Part shown: positions 1-9,031 of the stretch, piece by piece
Layout: every line of letters begins with the position of its first letter
How positions within the stretch are numbered: the first letter of the stretch is position 1
IMG/VR virus record: IMGVR_UViG_3300032304_002285
Coordinates: 116,759-180,758 of that record
Strand: one strand, 5' to 3'
Length of the DNA stretch: 64,000 bases
From: a virus
The notes under the pieces: model-generated
The model's input: only the letters and a program-made list of their open reading frames with translations
Told to the model about the DNA's origin: nothing
Database searches by the model: none
Translations under genes and position numbers: made by a program

Positions 1-1083
1 ATGAGTGGAATCCCATATAGGGATTTTAAGTTGGCTACGATTACTGATGAAAATTTGGAAAAATGGAAAACAATAATGGAGGTAGATTTAAGGCAACCCG
101 GAATTGGGAGAATTTTTGTAAAAGAAGTTCCAGCTTTTACTGATATCACTTTGATTGAGGAGGCGATTAGGGAATTAGAGGCAAAGGGAATTAAGATTGA
201 TGTTGTGATCATTGACCATTTGCCCCACGTAAAACCGGTTGAGCAGGCTTGGGGGGAATTTGATGAACAAGGGAAAGCTGCTACTGATTGTAAGGAGTTG
301 GGTAGGGCTTTCCATTTGGCTGTGGTTACTGCAACTCAGGCTTCAACAGAAGTAGAAAAGAAACAGACTAAGGGAAAGGCTGCTGGGAAGATGGATGTAT
401 ATGGATCTAAGGAGCAGGTTCATGTAGCAAATACCTCTATTGCTGTGACTGTAACCGGGAAAGACGATTCAGATCTCAGCATTCCAGAATGGGAAAGAGA
501 TGTTTATTGGAGTGTTGATATCAAAAAGAATCGTGATGGTGCTTGTTTCGCATTTAAGGCTGTTCATCATGTAAAATATGGATTTGTTGAGGAAAGGAAG
601 GAGGAGCCTAAGCAGAATAAGGCGGTAGATAATTCATTAAATAATGCTGTTGGCGAAGTAGGGAAAGGAACAGAGAAAGGGAAACAGAGCAAGAAGCAAG
701 AAGAGAAGACAACGGAAGAAAAGCCAAAGGAAGAGAGTACAAAGGAAGTGGATCAAGAGGAAAAACCGAAAGAGGATTCACAGCAGGAAGAAAAACAAGT
801 AGAGGATGATCCAAAGCCTCAAGAGGAAGTTAAAAAAGAGGAAGAGGTGGAGGTTGGTGTTGATGCGGGAGTTCCAATTTCTTTTCTTGATAAACAAAAG
901 GCTTTGGAAAAAACAGGAATGAAACCAATAGCTAATAGTGAAATAGAGACTTCGGATGAGGCTATGGAAGAAGTGAAAAAATTAGTTATTACTAATCAGC
1001 CGGTTGCCATTTCTCAGCCGAAGGTGGAAAAAACTTTGGTAAGTACAATTAAGAAGCCAAAAATTTTAGGTTTTAATTCTTAG
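1..1083 (+). CDS. dnaB: DnaB-like (SF4) replicative helicase, C-terminal part (5' end probably outside the window), with long Glu/Lys-rich tail
   Basis: IIDHL, ATQAS, YGSKEQ and DIKKNRDG resemble SF4 helicase motifs; ORF starts at the window edge; lies just upstream of the primase. Confidence 0.75.
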   Translation: MSGIPYRDFKLATITDENLEKWKTIMEVDLRQPGIGRIFVKEVPAFTDITLIEEAIRELEAKGIKIDVVIIDHLPHVKPVEQAWGEFDEQGKAATDCKELGRAFHLAVVTATQASTEVEKKQTKGKAAGKMDVYGSKEQVHVANTSIAVTVTGKDDSDLSIPEWERDVYWSVDIKKNRDGACFAFKAVHHVKYGFVEERKEEPKQNKAVDNSLNNAVGEVGKGTEKGKQSKKQEEKTTEEKPKEESTKEVDQEEKPKEDSQQEEKQVEDDPKPQEEVKKEEEVEVGVDAGVPISFLDKQKALEKTGMKPIANSEIETSDEAMEEVKKLVITNQPVAISQPKVEKTLVSTIKKPKILGFNS

Positions 1084-1110
1084 GATCAGGGTGAGGATTG
1101 GGTTCTCAAC

Positions 1111-1118
1111 GGTATAAT
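1111..1118 (+). promoter_or_regulatory. GGTATAAT -10-type promoter candidate
   Basis: TATAAT in the intergenic gap 45 nt upstream of the next ATG; same GGTATAAT in other gaps (14860, 38242, 63254). Confidence 0.55.
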
Positions 1119-1162
1119 GGTTTGTCGTTCAATTTGGGAACAAAAGACAGAAGGGCAATCAG

Positions 1163-2170
1163 ATGAAGAAGGATCAGGAAGAAATGGTTAATCAAGCTGA
1201 AGAGCATGCCTTGCTGATGTCTCAGGGAATTGGGAGTTCTTTTGCTGGGATTTATTATGTTGAATCGGCTTATGTTAAGCTGACAGCCCAGAATAAGAAA
1301 TATACCGATTTGATTCTGCGGGATAAGTCTGGTGGGAGAAACGTAAAGTACTGGGGAACGGTTCAGGATGTGAATGCTGGGACCTTTGTTTTAGTTTCTG
1401 CAATGGTTGAGGATTATCAAGGTAGCCCTTCTATCATTGCCAAGAATCTGGAAAAGGTTGATGATCCAGATGATTTGTCAGATTTCATTGCTGTTTTTGA
1501 GAATATTAAAGAGGTTGAAGATCGGTTTGTTCAACTTGTGGATCAGGTTGTAAAGATGGAGTCTCAAGAAGGGCAAGAAACCTGTACTCTTCTTCTTGGT
1601 GAGGTTTTTGATGCTAATGAGGCTTTGTATCAAAAGTTTGTGGAATCTCCGGGGAGTGAGAATCCCTATTATGGAAGGATGGGAGGATTGCTTGTCTCTA
1701 CTGTAAACGTTGCTGAGAATGTTATGGCATTGGCTGGACGTTATGAGATGTCTAATATGGAAAAGGCTATTGCTCTAACTTCTGCTCTGTTGCATAAGAT
1801 TGGTGCAGTTGATGGTTTTGAGTTCAAGAATTGTTTGCCTAAAACAACCAAGAAGGGTTTGTTGTTGGGCTTGAACAATTTGACATTCAATCGGATGTCC
1901 ATTGCTATTAGGAAGGCTGTTGCAGAGGCGAAGGCTCAGGGGAAGGCTGTATCTCAGGAATTGATTCTGCTTATTCTGCATGCGGTTTCTTCTTATGATG
2001 AGACTTCTGTAAAGCCGATGTCTAAGGAGGCATTGCTTCTTTCTGCTGCTGTTAAGTGTGATAAGGAAATGGTTGAATCTTTCGATTTCATTTCCAATGA
2101 TCTTAATACTTCGGAAGAGTTTACGGCTTATGACGTTCGTAAGGGACGTAAATATCTTCGGGGTGCATAA
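1163..2170 (+). CDS. YhaM/Cbf1-like OB-fold plus HD-domain protein with degenerate HD motif
   Basis: N-terminal OB fold (YTDLILRDKSG, VEDYQGSPSIIAK); HD region reads GGLLVST and LLHKIG instead of GGLxxH and LLHDIG. Confidence 0.7.
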   Translation: MKKDQEEMVNQAEEHALLMSQGIGSSFAGIYYVESAYVKLTAQNKKYTDLILRDKSGGRNVKYWGTVQDVNAGTFVLVSAMVEDYQGSPSIIAKNLEKVDDPDDLSDFIAVFENIKEVEDRFVQLVDQVVKMESQEGQETCTLLLGEVFDANEALYQKFVESPGSENPYYGRMGGLLVSTVNVAENVMALAGRYEMSNMEKAIALTSALLHKIGAVDGFEFKNCLPKTTKKGLLLGLNNLTFNRMSIAIRKAVAEAKAQGKAVSQELILLILHAVSSYDETSVKPMSKEALLLSAAVKCDKEMVESFDFISNDLNTSEEFTAYDVRKGRKYLRGA

Positions 2171-2173
2171 CCA

Positions 2174-3268
2174 GTGGAACTTGGAATTAAAGAACAGCTT
2201 CGGTATCGAGATATTTCCTGGTTAATGTCAGGGGTAGATATCGAAGCTGTTATGGGAAAGCTAGGGACTAAGATTCATGGATGGTCAGGGGATCGTGTCA
2301 TAGGATTTTGCCCTGACCATCATCTTTTCATTAATAGGAGACCGTCCCACCCTAGATGGATGTTAAGCATTAAGACTGGAGAGACTTTTTGTTTAACGGA
2401 AGGCAGGGGAAGCAATCTTCTTTGGACAATTTGCCGTCTCTTTGATTGTTCTCCTAAAGATGCGATTAGCATTATAACGGGGGAAGAGTCTGGGTCTTTG
2501 ACTGAACAGAGGATTCAGTTGAATTCCATTCGGGGTAGATTGCGGAGGATGCGTGAGGTTGAAGAAGTGGTTGCTCCTAAGATCGTTCAGGGGTTGGACG
2601 ATATTGGTAAGGATTTGGTAGAAAAGCCAATTTCCCAGAGGTGCTACGATTTTTTCATTAAGCCTCCCAATAAGCCTCATCCAACTAACATAAAAAAAGA
2701 GACGGTTGATCGGTATAGTATCTTTGAAAGAACGTGGGGGTACTATTCGGATAGGGCTATTATTCCTTTTTACATGAGGAAGGAGCTTAAGGGTTTTGCT
2801 GCTATAGATCTTCTTGGGGAAGACGAGTGGAAGAAGAAGCATCCTTTGTCCGATAATTACAGGAAGACTCTTACAGCTATAAACTTTCAGGTGGCAGAAT
2901 ATCTATTTGGCTTTGATGATTGTCAGAAGGGTGCAGACTGGCTAATCGTCACAGAAGGTCCCAGAGAAGTCATGAAGCTTTGGCAGGAGGGGTTTCCTAA
3001 TGCTGTTGCTACTTTGGGGATAAACATTGCCCCAGGCCAGCATAGGCTTTTTGCCGAGTTGATGCCCAAAAACATTGTTCTGATGTATGATGGGGATGCA
3101 CGAGGTCTGGCTGCAATGGATAAGATCGGAGAGAGTTTTGTAAGAATTTTTGGAAAAAAACACGTTCATAAGTGCCTCTGCCCCAATGGTTATGATCCTA
3201 AGAACTTATCAGCCAATGAGTTAATTTCCCTATTTAATGGGTTGAAAGATAAGGGTTTTGGAGTATAA
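2174..3268 (+). CDS. dnaG: DNA primase, DnaG-type (Zn finger plus TOPRIM)
   Basis: FCPDH...H...C Zn-binding region; TEGPREV, AVATLG and MYDGDARG TOPRIM motifs. Confidence 0.88.
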   Translation: MELGIKEQLRYRDISWLMSGVDIEAVMGKLGTKIHGWSGDRVIGFCPDHHLFINRRPSHPRWMLSIKTGETFCLTEGRGSNLLWTICRLFDCSPKDAISIITGEESGSLTEQRIQLNSIRGRLRRMREVEEVVAPKIVQGLDDIGKDLVEKPISQRCYDFFIKPPNKPHPTNIKKETVDRYSIFERTWGYYSDRAIIPFYMRKELKGFAAIDLLGEDEWKKKHPLSDNYRKTLTAINFQVAEYLFGFDDCQKGADWLIVTEGPREVMKLWQEGFPNAVATLGINIAPGQHRLFAELMPKNIVLMYDGDARGLAAMDKIGESFVRIFGKKHVHKCLCPNGYDPKNLSANELISLFNGLKDKGFGV

Positions 3269-3332
3269 TTGAGTGGTTGGCTTTATTAGGCTTTGAATAG
3301 GCTGCCGAATTATCGGCTTGTAGAAAAAAGGC

Positions 3333-4100
3333 GTGGGTATGTCAGACAATATTGCTCGTTTCCCTGTTTCTCTCCTTGATTTGGTTAGTTATTTTAATGG
3401 GACCAATCGGTGTAAAGACCCGAATTGTCGTTGCCATTTAGCTATGGCTAATCACTCTCACCTTGTCGAATCTTCCCCCATTGTCCGGGTCCCTGTCACT
3501 CAGAAGCATGCTGTTGCCATTCTTTCTGGCAAGTTTGTTTGTGAGGACAAAAACTGCAAGTGTCACAAAAGTAGTGCTTATATTGGCGATGCTTTCTATG
3601 AATCAATAAATAAATTGGTTTGGAAGTTGGCTAATAAATATGCAATCACTTGCAAATTAGATGACGTGAAGGACTTGGGAGGTATTTGTTTTAATCGAAT
3701 CGTCAAGATGCTTCACAAGTATGATCCAAAGTACGAGTTCTCTACTTGGGTTTGGACGGTTTGTGAAAACATCCTTCGCCATCAGTGCGAGAAGACTAAG
3801 AGGTATATTGACGTTTTTCAGCCGGTTGACGATGATACTAATTTAATTGGCAAGAAAGAAGGTGATTCTTTTCTTTTTGCTGAAATGGTATCAGCCATTG
3901 ATGACTTGAAAGAAGAGTTCCCGGCTTGGGAGGGCTTCTTGACTGCTTTATTTGGTAATACAAAGGAGGCTGGGTATTGCATGCCCGATGCTGTTTGTAT
4001 TGCCAAGTCTGCTCGTGTTGCTGGAAGATCTTACAATGAGGTTCACCTCTTTATGAAAGAGGTTGTGAGACCTTTTTTTTCTGAGAGATTCGGGTTGTGA
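3333..4100 (+). CDS. Sigma70 region 2-like phage sigma factor with N-terminal Cys/His motifs
   Basis: YDPKYEFSTWVWTVCENILR resembles region 2.3-2.4; two CxDxNCxCH motifs at the N-terminus. Confidence 0.6.
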   Translation: MGMSDNIARFPVSLLDLVSYFNGTNRCKDPNCRCHLAMANHSHLVESSPIVRVPVTQKHAVAILSGKFVCEDKNCKCHKSSAYIGDAFYESINKLVWKLANKYAITCKLDDVKDLGGICFNRIVKMLHKYDPKYEFSTWVWTVCENILRHQCEKTKRYIDVFQPVDDDTNLIGKKEGDSFLFAEMVSAIDDLKEEFPAWEGFLTALFGNTKEAGYCMPDAVCIAKSARVAGRSYNEVHLFMKEVVRPFFSERFGL

Positions 4101-4131
4101 TTTAACTGAAGAGAAGAGGAGATGTAAAAAA

Positions 4132-4890
4132 ATGGGAACGGAAGAGGCTGAGAAGAGTGTTGTTGCTGGAGCAAAGGTTCATCATTCGGCTACTTGCTGG
4201 GGACATTTTGATAAGAAAGCCAAGGAATGCTCACAGTGCTTGGTTTTCCAAGCGTGTCTGGAGGCTACTGTCAATATTAACACGCTACAGGCTTCTCCTG
4301 CTAAGGCAAAGCCGGTAGCTACAGTTACTCCTGCTCCTGTGGTTATTGCTACTCCTGTGGCTCCTGTTGTTGCTTCTGGGTGTGTTGCGTCCTCTTCTCC
4401 TGTCCATAAGAAAGTGGTTAAGCCAGAAATTTTGGCGACTCCTGTTAGGACGGCTGATGTTGAGGTTGTGAAAAAACAGGAAGAGGATGTTCCTGTTGAA
4501 GAAATTAAGATTGAGGTAAAAAAGGAAGAGCCAAAGGTTCTTGCGATTGTCCCGGAAGTTGCTCCTGTGTTGGTTGTGGAGCCTCAGAAGGATGATTTGG
4601 ATCAGCTTCCTATCATTAACATGTTGAAGGAAAAGCTTGGAGTAGAGCCGAATGTTAAGGGTGGGTTTGGTTCTGATGTCTATCTCTTCATTTATGGAGA
4701 GGATAAGGGTTTGCAGGTTGTCCTTCAAAAGGCATCTGGTGATGCTGTTTTCATGAATAAGGACGGGGTTAAGAAGGAGTTTTCTTATTTTAAGACAGTG
4801 AAGGTAAAGGGAGGGAAGCCAACGAAAGAAAGGCTTTCGTATCAAGAGAAGACCAAGAAGATTCAAGAAATCTTTGACGCTGTTCTCTAA
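4132..4890 (+). CDS. Hypothetical protein with N-terminal Cys4 motif and Pro/Val/Ala-rich linker
   Basis: CWGHFDKKAKECSQCLVFQAC; SD-like GAGGAG upstream. Confidence 0.6.
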   Translation: MGTEEAEKSVVAGAKVHHSATCWGHFDKKAKECSQCLVFQACLEATVNINTLQASPAKAKPVATVTPAPVVIATPVAPVVASGCVASSSPVHKKVVKPEILATPVRTADVEVVKKQEEDVPVEEIKIEVKKEEPKVLAIVPEVAPVLVVEPQKDDLDQLPIINMLKEKLGVEPNVKGGFGSDVYLFIYGEDKGLQVVLQKASGDAVFMNKDGVKKEFSYFKTVKVKGGKPTKERLSYQEKTKKIQEIFDAVL

Positions 4891-4891
4891 T

Positions 4892-5791
4892 ATGTATACG
4901 ATTGACTTTCCTTATTATCAGCCTCCTTTTCCGGAATATAATCCGGTCCAAAGTGCTGTAATTCCGTTCATTGATAAAGATATGAACGTGGTTGCAGCAT
5001 TTGGAACAGCAACAGGGAAGACAGTCTTAGCCGAATGTGCTTTTGCTTATCACTTAAGTCAAAATGATTCGGCTAGGGTTGTCTTTGTCTGTCCTTTCCG
5101 TAGCCTTAGTGAGGAAAAGTTTAAGGCTTGGAAAGCGAACGATCAATTGTCTAAGTACTCTGTGGTTATTAGCACTAGTGACCATGGAACTACTCCTGAG
5201 GAATTCATACAGGGGAGATTGTCGATTGTAACCTCAGAGTCTTTTGATTCAAAGGTTCGGGGAAGTCGGTACCGGGATTGGGTCAATTCAATTACTTGTG
5301 TTGTAGTTGATGAGGCTCATATCATGGGGGAAAGAAATGGTTCGATAGAGACATCATTGATGAGAATAACCAAGATAAATCCTCAAGCGAGGATTATTCT
5401 TCTTTCTGCTACGCTGGGTAATGCTATAGATTTGGCGAAGTGGTTGAAGAAGCTGAATGGTAAAACAACGAAATGTTTTACTAGTAGTTGGAGACCAACA
5501 GCTATTACTACTGAAATTCATGTGGTAGAGGATGGATATCAGGATAAGATAGATAAGGCTGTTGAGCTTGCTTCTAATAATGAAGGGAAGATCATTATTT
5601 TTGTTCATTCAAAGGTTCTTGGTGCTGATATATGCAAGAGGTTGAAATCTTCCGGTTTTAGATCTGCTTTCCATAATGCTTCTTTGTCATTTGCTTTAAG
5701 AAACAAAATAGAAAAAGCTTTTTCTGATCCAAGATCTGGATTGGATATTTTGGTCTCAACAAGCACTTTGGGTGCGGGTGTAAATTTATAA
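4892..5791 (+). CDS. Hel308/Ski2-like SF2 helicase, N-terminal chain (motifs I to start of V)
   Basis: GTATGKT, DEAH, LSAT and FHNASL; ends STSTLGAGVNL-stop. Confidence 0.85.
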   Translation: MYTIDFPYYQPPFPEYNPVQSAVIPFIDKDMNVVAAFGTATGKTVLAECAFAYHLSQNDSARVVFVCPFRSLSEEKFKAWKANDQLSKYSVVISTSDHGTTPEEFIQGRLSIVTSESFDSKVRGSRYRDWVNSITCVVVDEAHIMGERNGSIETSLMRITKINPQARIILLSATLGNAIDLAKWLKKLNGKTTKCFTSSWRPTAITTEIHVVEDGYQDKIDKAVELASNNEGKIIIFVHSKVLGADICKRLKSSGFRSAFHNASLSFALRNKIEKAFSDPRSGLDILVSTSTLGAGVNL

Positions 5792-5802
5792 TATGGTGTT
5801 TT

Positions 5803-6357
5803 ATGTCTTTGCAGGAAATTAAAGAAAATTGTTTGTCTTGTAAAGCTTGCCCTTTAGGTGGCAGGGGAGTTGTTTTTTCTAATATGAATGAACAAGCTTC
5901 TATCATGGTTATTGGTCAGAGTCCGGGAAAGGACGAGGTAAGGGAGGGAGAGCCTTTCGTTGGGGTTTCTGGTAAGAATTTTGATGAAGCAATAAAAGAA
6001 CATGTTGGGCTAAACCGTTCATTCTTTTATTTTTCAAATGTAATTCGGTGTTTGGTTCCGGAAAAGTATTTACTTACAGAGCAGAATTTTTCAGCTTGTC
6101 GAGTTCATCTTGATAGAGAGATAAAGGAAGTCAATCCAGTTTTGATTGTTACTTTGGGATCATCAGCTTTCGAGTCATTAACAGGGATGCATGGCTTGAT
6201 GAAGCATCATGGGAAGTTTATTATTTCTTCCCGATATATGATTCCGGTTCTTCCTTTGTTGCATCCTTCTCCTTTGGTGATGAACAATGTGGAGACTAGA
6301 GATCTTTTTATTAAAGACTTAAAGAAGATTCGGGAGTTTATTTCACAAAATGGCTGA
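5803..6357 (+). CDS. udg: Uracil-DNA glycosylase family 4 (Fe-S)
   Basis: CLSCKACPL, GQSPG, EPFVGVSG, SNVIRC and LLHPS. Confidence 0.9.
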   Translation: MSLQEIKENCLSCKACPLGGRGVVFSNMNEQASIMVIGQSPGKDEVREGEPFVGVSGKNFDEAIKEHVGLNRSFFYFSNVIRCLVPEKYLLTEQNFSACRVHLDREIKEVNPVLIVTLGSSAFESLTGMHGLMKHHGKFIISSRYMIPVLPLLHPSPLVMNNVETRDLFIKDLKKIREFISQNG

Positions 6358-7336
6358 TAGAGTAATTATTGTTGGCGCAAGTCGGCGTGGTGAGAGAATT
6401 CCCATTGGAAGTTTACGCCAAATGTGCGGACGAGCGGGAAGAGGGCATGAGTTAGGGGAGTGCCATGCTGATTTAATTGTGGCTGAAAGCGATGCTGATT
6501 ATGTAGAGAATGGATTAAATCTTGCAAGTGAGTTGAGCATATCTTCTGTCTTGAGTAAAAAGAATCTTTTGGCTTTTCATATTCTTCCTGAGATTGCATC
6601 AGAAGAAGTTTTGGATGTAGTTAGTGCTGAGTTATGGCATGAAAGAAGTTTTCATTCTTATCTTGGATTTGAGGTTAAGTGGGAAAAGATTTTTGAGTTT
6701 TTGTCTGAGCATGGTTGTGTAATTTGGGATGGTAATTTCGTAAAGATTACTCCTCTGGGGAGTATTACTGCTTCTTATTATTTCCATTCTTCAGATGTTT
6801 GTGATTGGAAGAATAATTTCTCTTTCATTTTTGAGCTTGGCTTAGAGAATGATGATCTTGCCTTGGCTTGGGCTTTGGGTAATGTAAGGAACAATCGTCG
6901 TTCTGGTGATTGTAGCAAGTTGGGTGAGATAATAGAGGATTGTCGCAACCGTCTTCCTGTTCCCTTGGAGATAGATGATGGTTGTGTATTGACTGTTCTT
7001 TTATGGTGGCATGTTTTTGGTGGTCCTCCGGTTGGCAAGTTAAAGAATCAATCAATCGAGTTAAAGAGTGACTTTGGAAGAATTTACAAGGTTCTTTCTG
7101 CTATTGATTCTGATGTATCTAATTGGGGAATGCAGAGTTTTTTTGATGATCTTTTGCTTAGGTCTAAAAAAGCAATTTCTTCGGAGCTTGTCAAACTTAT
7201 CAAAATCGGCGGTATAACAAAGGGACAGGCAATAGCCCTAAAGGATAGGGGTATTAGCAATCGTAAGGAATTATTGGAGTCTAAAGAGCATATGGACCTT
7301 ACAGATGTTCTAGGAGAGGGATATGACTTTTCCTGA
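6350..7336 (+). CDS. Hel308/Ski2-like helicase, C-terminal chain (rest of motif V, motif VI, winged helix, ratchet, HhH)
   Basis: Starts MADRVII, which continues GVNL[P]ARRVII; QMCGRAGR is motif VI; ITPLGSITASYY; GGGAG SD upstream. Confidence 0.8.
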   Translation: MADRVIIVGASRRGERIPIGSLRQMCGRAGRGHELGECHADLIVAESDADYVENGLNLASELSISSVLSKKNLLAFHILPEIASEEVLDVVSAELWHERSFHSYLGFEVKWEKIFEFLSEHGCVIWDGNFVKITPLGSITASYYFHSSDVCDWKNNFSFIFELGLENDDLALAWALGNVRNNRRSGDCSKLGEIIEDCRNRLPVPLEIDDGCVLTVLLWWHVFGGPPVGKLKNQSIELKSDFGRIYKVLSAIDSDVSNWGMQSFFDDLLLRSKKAISSELVKLIKIGGITKGQAIALKDRGISNRKELLESKEHMDLTDVLGEGYDFS

Positions 7337-7781
7337 AAGGGCTGTTTTGACTTGTGCATCCCGGCTTAAATCCGGAAAGGTTTACGAAAGTGATATTCGT
7401 AATATCTTGAAGTGCATAAAAGTTGATGTTTCCCCGATAGAGCCTTTTTTAAATCATGTAGATTCCCTTGTACGGATGGCTGCAATTAGGATTATAGGGG
7501 CAAAGGGGAATGTTAGTTTGTTGTTTAATGTGTTGAGAGACGAGCAAGATAAATCAATTGTATTTGAGGCTATGAGGCATCTAGGGAAGCGAGGGGGAAA
7601 TCTTGAAGATCTAGTTGGGATTTTAGAATCAAATGATTCTATGATGAAGCAAGAAGCTATCGCCATGTTTAGACGTTCGGGAAATGTTGATTGTTTGTTC
7701 CCGTTATTATTTGATCAGGATCAAAATATAGTTAGTCAAGTCAAGGAGTATTTTGATGAGCGAGAAAGAAAATGTGTTTAG
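7323..7781 (+). CDS. HEAT-repeat protein
   Basis: Repeated helical units (VRMAAIRIIG, IVFEAMRHLG, MKQEAIAMF). Confidence 0.65.
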   Translation: MTFPERAVLTCASRLKSGKVYESDIRNILKCIKVDVSPIEPFLNHVDSLVRMAAIRIIGAKGNVSLLFNVLRDEQDKSIVFEAMRHLGKRGGNLEDLVGILESNDSMMKQEAIAMFRRSGNVDCLFPLLFDQDQNIVSQVKEYFDERERKCV

Positions 7782-8439
7782 GGTTCCGGTTCCTAAGAAC
7801 AACGTAGAATATTTCATTGGGATGGTTTATTCGTTTTCTGAGCTTTGTGGGATAAATAAGATTCCTGAGCTTCATCATCAAATTGAATTGTTAGCAAGAG
7901 CGGCTGACGTTCATTTGTATGAGAAGGATAAGGGACCCGTTAAGAATCCGGTTAACGATGAGAAAAAGAGGTTTATTTCAAGCTTCAAGAATCGGTTTTT
8001 GGTTAATTTGGGATATGAATATCCTAACACCATAAAACCTCTTGATTCTAAAATGATTGACCAGTTTATTTCCGGGAAAATTAGTCAAAATCACATTGAT
8101 GCAGATTTTTACTTGGCTTGGTTTTTCGATGACTATCTTGAAGAGCGTCAATACTTGAATCCTCCGGAATTTACGACTGCTGTTTCTTCAAAAGCTTGGA
8201 ACACCTTTATCTATGACAATAAGGATGCAATTAAGACGAAAAAAGAAGAGTTTATGCAGCAATCTGAAAGCATTAATTTGATTAATCGGGCTAGGGTTGT
8301 TGCTCGTTCTACAGAAGATATGGAAATTAGAACAAAAGTTTTGGAAATCCTAAAAAAGTTTCGGGACAAGGGTATAATGATTGCAGAGTTCAGGAAGGAA
8401 GTTCAGATTTTGGAAAATCAGATTAAGTCGAATCAGTAA
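7753..8439 (+). CDS. Hypothetical protein
   Basis: 228-aa ORF tightly coupled to its neighbours. Confidence 0.6.
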   Translation: MMSEKENVFRVPVPKNNVEYFIGMVYSFSELCGINKIPELHHQIELLARAADVHLYEKDKGPVKNPVNDEKKRFISSFKNRFLVNLGYEYPNTIKPLDSKMIDQFISGKISQNHIDADFYLAWFFDDYLEERQYLNPPEFTTAVSSKAWNTFIYDNKDAIKTKKEEFMQQSESINLINRARVVARSTEDMEIRTKVLEILKKFRDKGIMIAEFRKEVQILENQIKSNQ

Positions 8440-8449
8440 AGGAGTTTTT

Positions 8450-9031
8450 ATGACAATGGCTGTGATTCAAAATATTGCTGAAATGTCTATGAAATTAGGC
8501 CAGCAAGACATTTGTGGGATTCGTCTTGAGGATGCAGGTCCAGATCTTCTTGACGTTAGTAAGCTTGATTTGGATATGCATGTTATTATGCAACCAAACG
8601 CAATTGCTTATTATGGTGCAGTGAAGAAGGAAGCTAGTAGGCAGTTGAGTAATTTAAAGAAGGCTTATGATCGTTGGTCTAAGAAGAAATATGCAGAAGC
8701 TAAGGCTAGTCTTGGTGCTGGAACCGGGAAAACCACCGTAGCAGATATTGAGGCAAGATTCATCGTTGATAATGAGATTCAGATTGAGGATTGGGAAAGG
8801 CGGATTGAGGAAGCTCAATTTGATTATGATACGATGGATTCATATCTTGAGGCTTGGAGGCAAAAATCCTTTACGATCCGTGAATATGCCAATTTAAACA
8901 ACATGGAAAACTATAACTCTAATTCCTCTTTGTCTGAGGAAAAGGCAAGGAATACGGGTTCGATGACAAGCAGTGTTAGTAGGGTTAAATCTGTGATTAG
9001 GCAAAGGCATGAGGAAAAACTTCAAGGCTAA
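8450..9031 (+). CDS. uvsY: UvsY-like recombination mediator
   Basis: Helical protein with AIAYYG and YLEAWRQKSFTIRE, recalling the T4 UvsY C-terminus; precedes SSB and RecA; GGAG SD. Confidence 0.6.
   Translation: MTMAVIQNIAEMSMKLGQQDICGIRLEDAGPDLLDVSKLDLDMHVIMQPNAIAYYGAVKKEASRQLSNLKKAYDRWSKKKYAEAKASLGAGTGKTTVADIEARFIVDNEIQIEDWERRIEEAQFDYDTMDSYLEAWRQKSFTIREYANLNNMENYNSNSSLSEEKARNTGSMTSSVSRVKSVIRQRHEEKLQG

Noticed and set aside
600-1080. Glu/Lys/Gln-rich stretch at the end of the helicase as a repeat element
   Set aside because: Low-complexity disordered protein tail with no discrete DNA repeat unit.
5789-6349. Self-splicing intron or ribosomal bypass joining the helicase halves
   Set aside because: The gap is fully occupied by UDG with no room for an intron core; U/G splice-site rules do not give the expected junction; an in-frame TTA at 6338 would add extra residues; chain 2 has its own SD.
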